From Octopus bimaculoides (Eukaryota): a stretch of 50,925 bases of DNA. The stretch lies in contig NC_068982.1 in assembly GCF_001194135.2 (NCBI RefSeq), positions 34,178,978-34,229,902 on the forward strand, given 5' to 3'. The notes below the pieces were generated by a model that did not search any database, had not been told where the DNA came from, and saw only the letters and a program-made list of their open reading frames with translations. The translations under genes and the position numbers were made by a program. Below, piece after piece: positions 12,001 through 21,400 of this stretch (position 1 is the first letter of the stretch; each line of letters opens with the position of its first letter).

Positions 12001-14987
12001 TCTGTTCCTTCAGTCCAGGGTCAACAAGTTTTTTTATATCTTTGATCCCTTCATAGAATTGTTGATCACTTATCAGCCCATCATGTAAATTTCTAGAATA
12101 AATTAGAAAGTATAATTAATAAAAATTTCTTGGTTGAAAGAGAATTCCCCATTTTTAAAAATCATTTAAAATCATAAAAATATTTTAAAGAGATTTAATA
12201 AAATACATGAAAGGTAATAATGCTCAAAACTGTTTCAGGTGTTTATCAACCCCTTGAACAGCTACATAGATTTTCCTCTTTATCTATAAATTTTTGTTCC
12301 AGCACCCTGCATTGATCTTGCCACTGTGTGAAACTATGGGCACTTTGTTCCCTCTAATAGCGAAAACCTGATGTTGTATAATAAATGTAACTATTTATTG
12401 TTACACTACATTTATTTTAACCAATGATCCTTACCAAAATGTGTGCACAATGATGCCGCCTTTCTTACTAAATAGTAATTATATAAAAAAAACAAAAAAC
12501 TTTGTCTATAAATGTTTGTCATCAAAGATTTTGACCAGTTATAAAGTTGATGCTTTCTTAACAGATCTATCTGATTAATTCCATTTTACCTTAGACTAAG
12601 AATTTGTATTTGACCACATCAACATTTATGTTTTGTATCTATACTTGTCCAATGTCTTTGTAAGATCATATTTTTACTTCTTACAGGTTACTACATCTGG
12701 ATTACCTGGCATGGTCATCAAAGTTAAAACTGCTCGTGAATTATTTGAAGAATGCTTGAAGCTAAATAATAAAGATTTTGATTTAGCTACTCTTTCTAAA
12801 GGAAATAGTTTCCACCTATTTCTTTACCTGACATGTCAACAACTCAAAGAATTTGTTAATGATGGGAACAATTCAGCCTGGCGGAATTTTAAAGGACGAC
12901 TCTTATCAAAGTTCCATCAACGAGGAATGCAAGAATTGACAGAACCTGGTCTTACACATTTCACCAAGCTATTCCTTAGCTTAACATTATGTACACACGA
13001 TGAGCAGCTACTGCGATCTCTGTTGGATTTTTACAACATGATTGATTTTCGATTAGCTGATACCAAGCGCCAATGTGTGATAATAAAGGGAATTTATGCA
13101 GGAATGTTCATTTTCATGCACTGGAATAATGACTGTAGTGCTGCAATTGACAGATTAATACCATTGCTGAATTACATAAGTAGTAAATTTGCATCAGATT
13201 CCATCGATGTGCACAAGCGAAGAGATCTGTGGGATGTCCTTAAAGTTTATATAGATTGTTTACAAGACTTCATTGATTCTAGTCCTGAATTCACTTTATC
13301 TGAATATAAACTCATTACAAAAGACATCAATCTTATTTTAACAGTTTGCCGTAATTTTGAAATATGTAGCATGGTTGTCTTGTTTAGTGCAGTTCTATCA
13401 AAGCTGCTTTCTTTGGTCAAAACCCAACAAGAAATCGAAGGAGATATGTTCATACCAAATGATCACCATGAACAGATGGCACAAAATATGTGGGTAAATG
13501 TTTTCCCATTTGTTGAGAGTGAAGCCAAATCTCCAAATGCACTGCCGGAAATTGCTGACCTTGCAGCTCAGTTCCTTTGTCTTTCACTTACACTCCCTGA
13601 CTGGAGTCCCAGTTTTTTCTCAGTCTTCTCCAAATTTGTTTGTGATATATCTATCAATGTGTCAGTTACTTGTCGTTTCCTTGGACATGTTTTGGCAGAA
13701 CCATCTGTCACTGAAAATCTGGAAGCTAGTGAAGATCAGTTTCATAAAGGCTCACTCCAGATTAAGCTAATACATAGCTGGCTTAGATGTTGTTTATTGT
13801 TAGGACCTGTTCCCTCAAAACAACTTGAAGTTGTAACCAAATATGTGTTAGATTTGCCTATCATTAAAAGAATCTGTTCTGTAGTAAATAAGACAGATCT
13901 TGCAAGTGAATGTGAAATTTTGATAGAACTTTTCAAAATGTTTGCAAAGGCTCATGAAATTACTGTTAGCTGGGAAGACAAAATGAAATTGAAAGAGGAT
14001 ATTAAGTTATTTTTTGAAGATATCAGTGTTAGTATACAACCACTTCTTGATAATCCCTCGAATATGTCGGTTGTAAGGCATATATATACTACAATAGGAA
14101 ACCTTGTAAAGTACTGTGCACCATTGTTGTTTAATGTGCCTTGTTTACAGCAGGTCATTGATTGCTTGCTCTTCCCCCATTCTTTATTTATTCCCTCCAA
14201 GCCTCTCAACCCAATGATAAAGTCAGTTGTACATGATACACTTCATTTATTTGTTTCGGGTTTGAGTAAAATCAGTAGTCGATATGCCCCATATGTCCAA
14301 CGAAGACTTAAAGATATAGTTCTGCAATATTTGCCAAGATTTCCATTGAAATATAATGGTGGAGAACAAACTAATTTCACATTCCAAATAAAGCCTCATC
14401 CTTTGGTACATTTACTTACAGATAGACTGGTTACAAATAGCATATGTAACATGAGAAACTTTCGAAATTTTATTTGGGTAACTTTACAGGAAAATACTCT
14501 TAAAGCCGAAGGCTTAAAACTTCCTGAATCTACAATTATTGGTGTTCAGTTTATTGGAGAAGTTATTGATATGACAGAATCGACGGAAGATGTTGCTAAA
14601 GATACACTGTTACTGCTTAGACCACTTCTGGAATGTTATTTACTTACAAAAACTTCCCAACTTAGACAAAGTACAACACAGGTGTTAAACCTTCTCCTGA
14701 AAGCATGTTATCAGTATTCCACAGAAGTACCTTGTAAAGAATTATTAGAAATACTTAATCAGTTTCTGAGTGACTATTTTGCTAATTTTCCTGCTAGTCT
14801 CAGTCAACTCTGGAATAAGTTGTTCTTATTTTATCCAGGCCTTTTACAAGAAAATAGACCAGTTTTGTTATCACTTCTGGAAAAACTTGAACTGAAGCGA
14901 GGTACAGGCACAGATAATAATCTCCGTCAACATTGGTTAACGTACTTAAATAAAACAGACAAGACACAAGAAACAGTGTCTTTGTAA
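7201..14987 (+). CDS. MMS22L: MMS22-like protein (MMS22L-TONSL replication fork repair/HR), 3 coding exons: 7201-8298, 9951-10325, 12687-14987; ~1257 aa
   Basis: Both introns are phase 0 with canonical sites (GAG|gtaatg...ttttctag|GTT; AAG|gtaaag...cttacag|GTT). Motifs ESYLSKGTLK, HMHLDIYW, RSFW, KGRLLSKFHQRGMQELTEPGL and IDCLLFPH match remembered human MMS22L segments, and the length is similar (~1240 aa). The exact start Met is less certain. Confidence 0.93.
8366..8581 (+). mobile_element. SINE family A copy (head ggcggcgagctggcagaatcgttagc) in MMS22L intron 1
   Basis: At least 10 similar copies in the window, sharing gagttcaaattcc (B-box-like) and tttcggggtcgataaa-taagtaccag. Boundaries approximate. 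Confidence 0.8.
9012..9040. repeat. (GA)n microsatellite
   Basis: Direct read. Confidence 0.95.
9951..10325 (+). CDS. MMS22L: MMS22L coding exon 2 (125 codons)
   Basis: Pyrimidine tract + tag acceptor ending 9950; in frame with ORF 9969..10376; donor gtaaag at 10326. Confidence 0.9.
10380..11312 (-). mobile_element. Three tandem SINE family A copies in MMS22L intron 2 (~10380-10588, ~10737-11060, ~11097-11312)
   Basis: Repeated gaaaggcaaagtc...gaatttgaactcagaa...ctaagcattt blocks separated by (taa)n/(cta)n runs. Confidence 0.75.
12687..14987 (+). CDS. MMS22L: MMS22L coding exon 3 (2301 nt, terminal)
   Basis: Acceptor ttacttcttacag ending 12686; in frame with ORF 12633..14987; ends in TAA. 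Confidence 0.92.
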   Translation, partial: VTTSGLPGMVIKVKTARELFEECLKLNNKDFDLATLSKGNSFHLFLYLTCQQLKEFVNDGNNSAWRNFKGRLLSKFHQRGMQELTEPGLTHFTKLFLSLTLCTHDEQLLRSLLDFYNMIDFRLADTKRQCVIIKGIYAGMFIFMHWNNDCSAAIDRLIPLLNYISSKFASDSIDVHKRRDLWDVLKVYIDCLQDFIDSSPEFTLSEYKLITKDINLILTVCRNFEICSMVVLFSAVLSKLLSLVKTQQEIEGDMFIPNDHHEQMAQNMWVNVFPFVESEAKSPNALPEIADLAAQFLCLSLTLPDWSPSFFSVFSKFVCDISINVSVTCRFLGHVLAEPSVTENLEASEDQFHKGSLQIKLIHSWLRCCLLLGPVPSKQLEVVTKYVLDLPIIKRICSVVNKTDLASECEILIELFKMFAKAHEITVSWEDKMKLKEDIKLFFEDISVSIQPLLDNPSNMSVVRHIYTTIGNLVKYCAPLLFNVPCLQQVIDCLLFPHSLFIPSKPLNPMIKSVVHDTLHLFVSGLSKISSRYAPYVQRRLKDIVLQYLPRFPLKYNGGEQTNFTFQIKPHPLVHLLTDRLVTNSICNMRNFRNFIWVTLQENTLKAEGLKLPESTIIGVQFIGEVIDMTESTEDVAKDTLLLLRPLLECYLLTKTSQLRQSTTQVLNLLLKACYQYSTEVPCKELLEILNQFLSDYFANFPASLSQLWNKLFLFYPGLLQENRPVLLSLLEKLELKRGTGTDNNLRQHWLTYLNKTDKTQETVSL

Positions 14988-15297
14988 AAACACCTTCTAT
15001 ATTTGTAGTTTTATAAACTACATAGACTATATATATATATTCAAATTGTGCTGGTAACATTTTGATTTTATGGAAAATTTTCATTGAATTCGGGTAGTGT
15101 ATTGCAGACACTATTGTCCTTCCTTTTTTAAGACAGAAACATAAACTGTTGCTGCTATTTTGGCAGATCAAGCAACCATGTAGAGGTTTCCTCCCAATCA
15201 TGCTGGTGTACATATGAAGCTAATAACTGAAGCTAGAGATAATTTAATGATTGAACGTTAATGTTATGACAGTGATAAATTAGAGATAGCTTTGCAA

Positions 15298-15364
15298 GAA
15301 GAGACACTTTAATATATGTATGTATGAAGACACTTGAAGAGACACTTTAATATATGTATGTATG
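15298..15364 (+). repeat. 29-bp direct duplication in the MMS22L 3' UTR
   Basis: gaagagacactttaatatatgtatgtatg at 15298-15326 and 15336-15364. Confidence 0.9.
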
Positions 15365-15400
15365 TGTCTATTTCTGAATGCTTTTCAAACTAATCAATGT

Positions 15401-15406
15401 AATAAA
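15401..15406 (+). terminator. Candidate MMS22L polyadenylation signal AATAAA
   Basis: AATAAA ~410 nt after the stop, followed by a T/GT-rich tract (15418-15443). Confidence 0.5.
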
Positions 15407-16601
15407 GTCTGATATTGATTTTTCTTCTTGTCCCTTTGTTTTTCATAACTAACAAAATAATCTGATATATCTTTTATTTTGAAATTTTAATTTCCCCAAA
15501 AGTTATTTTTCCCAGTTCCATTCAGTTTAAGACATTTGATGCTTATCTTCACTGCTGGTTTATATTTGAAGTTTAGTTTAGGCACAGGGATGGCTGTGTG
15601 ATTAAAAAGTTGACTTCCCAACCACATAATTTTAAGGTCAGTCCAAAGCTTTTTGAGTGGATTTGGTACGTGGTAACAGAAAGAAGCCCATTGTGTGTGT
15701 ATATATCTGGGTGTGTTTGAGTTTGTAATTTCCCTTTTCATGTATTCTGCTGGTTGTAAATAACGGCTCACTGATGGCATTCTTTGTTTCCAGCCTTCCA
15801 TGTAAACATATCTGGGATCGTTGTTCAGCGGAGTGGGAAAATATTACCTCACATAGAAAGAAGTGAGGGTTGGTAATAAGAGGGGTATCTGGCTGTAGAA
15901 AACTCTGCTTCTACACACACTTGTCTGACCCATGCAAATGCAAAAATGGAAAAATAGATGTTAAAACAATGATGAGTTGCATTTCTCAGACCCAAATATT
16001 AGAGCCAAAACAAATTTTTATTGATTTGGATGATATTGTATAAATTTTCAGTCTCTAATAAGCTTTTTGCATTTCGTAATGAAGTCTGCCACAGGCTTAT
16101 AGGCTCAATAAATTTGAGCATATCCTGGTTTCTGTGTGAAATGATTCAGAGCACACGACTCTCCTGTGAATGGGATATCTGCCTACAGTTGTCATTGGTA
16201 CTCATTTTCAGCTGAGTGGAATCAAGTAATGTAAAATGAAGTGTCTTGCTCAAGGATACAATGCACTGCCTGGTTCAAATATCAAACCTATAATATAATG
16301 AATGTGACTCCAACATCCAAACCACTACATCATACAACTTCACATTTCATAAGCAAAATCAGTATTTTTGATCTTTTACTTGTTTCAGTCATTGGAATAC
16401 AACCATGCTGGGGCACTGCCTTGAAACTCTTAGTCGAACAAATTGACCCTAGTATTTATATTTATGTTAGGTACTTATTCTATTGGTCTCTTTTGTTGAA
16501 CTGGGGATGTAAACAAACCAACTCTGGTTGTCAAGCAGTGGTAGGAGACAAACATAGACACATACATACAGGCATGGCTGTGTGGTAAGAAGCTTGCTTC
16601 C

Positions 16602-17167
16602 GAGCATGCGTCACCCAGAGTGCATTTGGTTTGTCGTTTGTGTCGGACGTTGTGTTTTTGGCTACTTCAAGGATAGAGACAATGTACTCAGACTTTAGCG
16701 GGTCTGAGTTGTCTTCAGCAGAGGAAGAGCTGGTAAGGGCAGTCATAGAGATGGACGGAGTGTTGGAAAGGACAAGGAGTTTTGCTGAGGTTACGGAGAT
16801 GAAGCGAAGGGAGTTGGACTTGGCCGGCCTGAAGGAATATGAGAAGGTGGGAGGGGAAGTGAAGCTGTCGCCCCCCACCCAGGAATTATAGAGCGAATGG
16901 AAAGAACGATCACCTATAAGGTGTTCTTGCTAAAAGGGAAAAAGGCCGAGCAGGTGGAAGCTGAAACGGAAAAAGCACCAAGAGAGAAGTCGAAAGAAAT
17001 AATGTACATGAGGAAAGGAAGAAAATATGGCACAATGGCCGTACAATTTAGAACAGTAGAGGAGTGTGGTGGTGAAAACAGAGGAGGTAGTGCTTCTGCC
17101 CACATACCTTGGAAGAAAGACTTCCAAGGTGAGGGTAGAAGGAATTCCACCGGATATAGAAGTGATA
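16602..17167 (+). mobile_element. Frameshifted ORF1 fragment related to the 49.6 kb element, embedded in a SINE
   Basis: KLSPP-PGIIERMERTITYKVFLLKGKK aligns by eye with KLVPPPETIEAIKKKTVVYKVYNLKEKK of ORF 49635..50009. Confidence 0.65.
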
Positions 17168-17625
17168 GAAACTGAAAGAAGCCCAGTGTGTGTATGTGCA
17201 CCCATGTTTTTTTCTCATCTTGACATGTCATGTAACTGAATGACATTCATTTCCAATATTGAGGGAAAACATCTAACTACAGGAAAATATTACCTTGCTT
17301 AGAAACGAGTAAGGGTTGGCAACAAGAAGGGCATCCATCATAAAAAAATCTGCCTTAATAACCTGGTCAATGCAGGCATGGAAAAATGGCTGTTAAAATG
17401 ATGATCAATTTTGTAGAAATTCAAGAAAAATCAAAAATATTTTATAAAAGATTCTTTTATTGTTTGGTTTCATATTATGAATTAACCATTTAAGTTTTCC
17501 ATTTTTACTGGAGTATCATTCCTTTTGTATCATTTTCAATACTGTCAAGATTTTTTTGATGACACTGGAAGAATATACTCTTCATATTTAGTTTTTTTCC
17601 TGATAAAAATATATTTGCCCATTCT

Positions 17626-17631
17626 TTTATT
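17626..17631 (-). terminator. Candidate E4F1 polyadenylation signal AATAAA
   Basis: tttatt on the plus strand ~105 nt past the stop; a second candidate lies at 17456-17461. Confidence 0.35.
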
Positions 17632-17734
17632 TCATACAAGTGAATACAAAGATCTCATAACAGTTCTGCAGTAAATCATAGACAAATCTTCCTGCATTAA
17701 CAGCCACATAATACATACAATAATATTTTTAATG

Positions 17735-18481
17735 TCAGCTTTCATCCACATCCATGGCACTTACTTCTTGGATAGAAGATATGTCAAGAGATTGTTCCTG
17801 GTTACAAGGATCCATCATATCGGCAGCTATGTCGAGGGATTGTTCGTGGCTGCAAGTAGCCATCATATCAGTAGATATGTCTAGAGATTGTTCCTGACCA
17901 CAGGAATCTACCATACCAACAGTTATAACAGCCTGGTGAATGGTGTCTGATGTTGAAACACATACAGTGTTTTCCTCTTGTGGGGCCACTGCAATAGCAT
18001 GGATTTCATTGTTCTCAGTAGGAATAGCCTGTTGAACTAGTGTTACTGTTTGTAAATCTTCAACAGTATTAATGTCATTGCTCTGATCGATGTTCTCAAT
18101 ATTATCTACAATGTTCTCATTGTTATCTACAATGTTATCGTTGTTATTTACAATATTGCTAACATGATGATCTTCACTGCAGTCACCATTCGTGTCAACA
18201 ATCTGTTCGTTCTCCTCATTAACAACACTAACTTCAATATCTGACTGCTGAACAACCTGCTCTTCAGCAGGGAGAATTAAACTCTCCACAGCTTGTATAT
18301 CAAGCATGTCGAGATTGTTTTCTTGCGAACCTGTGCTGACAACTATGTATGATGCAGTTTCCTCAGATCCTGTAGCTTCCAACATTGAGTGCTGCACATC
18401 ATGCGGATTGGCACTGATTTCTACATTCTGAATAATTTCATCTGATGATAAATTTGTATGCAGCACTACATATTCAGCAGT
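17735..18481 (-). CDS. E4F1: E4F1 exon 15 (terminal, acidic low-complexity tail)
   Basis: tttctag|ACT GCT GAA..., in frame with ORF 17735..18466; ends in TGA. Confidence 0.88.
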   Translation of the reverse strand, partial: TAEYVVLHTNLSSDEIIQNVEISANPHDVQHSMLEATGSEETASYIVVSTGSQENNLDMLDIQAVESLILPAEEQVVQQSDIEVSVVNEENEQIVDTNGDCSEDHHVSNIVNNNDNIVDNNENIVDNIENIDQSNDINTVEDLQTVTLVQQAIPTENNEIHAIAVAPQEENTVCVSTSDTIHQAVITVGMVDSCGQEQSLDISTDMMATCSHEQSLDIAADMMDPCNQEQSLDISSIQEVSAMDVDES

Positions 18482-21400
18482 CTAGAAATAAAAAGATAAA
18501 AAAAAGTCAATACAGTTTCAAATTACATTTTGTTTTGCTTCAAATAATTTATCCTGTTAATAATTCATGTAGAACAGCATTTGTTTTAAGCAGTCTTTCT
18601 CCTCTTCATACTTTTGATCTTTTTTTTTTTGTTGGAGATAAATCTTTTCGCTTTCATATGATTGATGTGTCAATATCACTTCTCTCAAATGAATCCGAAT
18701 GTAAAATATAAGCATTGCCATATTAAATGCCTACCAAATAGTTCCTACTTCCTATCTTGCAGATACCTGGGTTTTGAAATTTTATGGACATAAAGGCAAT
18801 CATACATGCAAGTGTTAATATATAAAATAATTCTTTCTTTTGACCATGTCAAAGACGAATTTTGTGTATATTTTTTTTATATTTGTCAGGTCAAAAGTAA
18901 AGGAGCAGAGTAGGTTTTCAAAAACTGGTCAGACTGATGCCATTGATGTGATTCTTTAGACTTTTGCAAGTTGCTGATTGCAGGAAAGACATGTGCAAGG
19001 TGGGAAATGTTTAATGTGGTGGGAGAGAGGGACTGAGTATTGGACATAAAATAGGCAATGAAAGGAGATGAGACAAATGAGCTGAAAGAGCTAAAGTGAA
19101 GGTCATATGAGACCAGCTGGATCCAAGAAATGGAGGCCTTTGTAGTAGTGCTATAAAAGAAAGAGAGAGAGGACAACATCTGTGAATCAAGGTCTGGAAT
19201 GTGTCCCCATGTGACATCATGCCAGTCTAGATGAAGTATAGAATATCTGTGTTTTAACAGTACTGTACTGCATAGAAAAGAGCAGTACCCAATAAGGATT
19301 TCACCTGTGTTTTGTAGAAGGTTAGTAGTTGTTAAGAGATGAAGTATTTTTTTGGTTTGGGACTGAAATGGTTAATCTTTTGCAGCACATTCTTTGCTAC
19401 GTTAAGGACATGCATTTGCCAAGGGAGACCCCCTGAGTGAGGCTTGGCATTCAGAATGAAGTTTTCTTCACATATGCAGTGATTGTGTTCTTTTTGCTGT
19501 TGAAGAAAACAGAATTGGCACACAATCTCTATTGGAAGATATTTTTATGAGGGTGAGCTGAAAAAATAGGCAGAGTATGAAGGAGTGATTCAGGCAAACT
19601 GACATCTTGACTGTTCAAAAAAAGACTTCAAAAGTAATTAGTAGCGTCTTCTTTTGAAAATGGACAAAATTTAGCATTGTGGTGTTATCTAATACCTGCA
19701 GAAAAAAGGTTTAGCCCCAAGGACATTCATGCTGGCATGGTTGCTACATTAAGGGATGATGCTTCAATGTTATCAACAGTGCAAAAGTGGGCAGCTGAAT
19801 TTAGGCGGGGAAGGGAGAACCTTGAAGATGACACAAAATCTGAGCATCTTGCAACTGTCACCACTGAGAAAAACATTGATCATATTCACCACATGGTGAT
19901 GGATGACAGGCGATTGACTATAAATCAAATAGCTAATACCATTAGCATATTCCATAAGAGTTGAGAATATTCTGCACAATGAACTTGACATAATGACTGC
20001 TTCTGCTCGGCAGGTGCCATGTCTTCTGACACCTAGTGAAAAGTGCACCAAGCTGATCACATCATGAGGAAATCTGACATTGTTTGAGGCACATCTAGCT
20101 GGTTTCCTCAAACATTCCCTAACCCAGGATGAGTGTTGGCTTCATCACTTTGAGCTTAAGTGACATTCCATCCAGTGAAAACTACCTTCAAACTACCATT
20201 GATAGAACTACCATTCTATCAACGGAGAGTACTATGTCAATTTGCTGAGGTAGTTATGAAAGGCTATCAAGACCAAATGTCCAGGAAAACCGATGAAAGA
20301 GGCCTTGTTCATTATGACAATGCTTCAGCACACAAGTCCTTGGTTTCAATGGCTGCTGTGCATGACTGCGGCTTTGATCTGGTTGACCACACTCCTTATT
20401 CTCTTGATTTGGCTCCATCTGACTATCAGCCGTTTCCCAATATGAAACAAACTCTTGGCTTGGAAACCAGCATCACAGTGATGATGACGTATCTGCTGTT
20501 GATGACGTTTTTGACCAACAAGATGAAAGCGTCTTCACCAATGGGATCCTAGCACTGCAGCATTGATGGAAGAAGTGTGTGGACCACAAGGGGGACGATG
20601 TTGAAAAATAAATCACATTTAGTCACCCTCCATTAGAGTATTTTGGTCAGCCTACTCCCATAAGGTATCTGTTTACAGATTCAGTGAAGGATACACAGTA
20701 ATATCAGGTGTAAGAGTGGGTGTTGTTGGAGGTGACACCAAGTAGGTAACTGATGTGTAAAAGGAAGAGAGAAGGAGAGGGAATCAAATACTGAGTACAT
20801 TCAAGCATTTGTGTAGATCAGATAGAATTCTATCAGCCCTGGCTATGATCTGACAAAATGAAATTGGTCCATTACATGAGAGACAGCTGGGGTATATGAG
20901 TGGGAAGTTTTGAGAGGAGATTAGCATGCCAGATGCAGTTGAAAACTTTACTGAGCTGAAGCAGGAGTAGGGCCTGATTTTATCCAGTCAAGTAAACTGA
21001 AACAAGCAGAAAAGTATACAAAAAGATCTAAACTTATTAACCATGTGGTCAATAGTCCAGTACTTTAACTTTGTGTCCATTGTTTATGTATTTATAATAC
21101 TGAACAATAAAATTAATATTTAATGTTTTGTTGAGGCACAAGCATGACTGTCTGGTAATAAGTGTGCTTCCCAACCACATGGTGGGCAAATATGTTCTAC
21201 TATAGCCCTTGGCCAGCCAAAACCTTGTGAGTGGATTTAGTACATGGAAACTAAAAGAGATGTGTGTATGTGTGTGTGCGCGCGCATGTATGCATGCTTG
21301 TGTCTCCTTGTCTTGACATTGTGCGATAGTTGTAAAATGATTGTCACTGTCATACAAGTGGTGACATTCATTTCCAATATTCTGCAAGGACATGTCTGGC

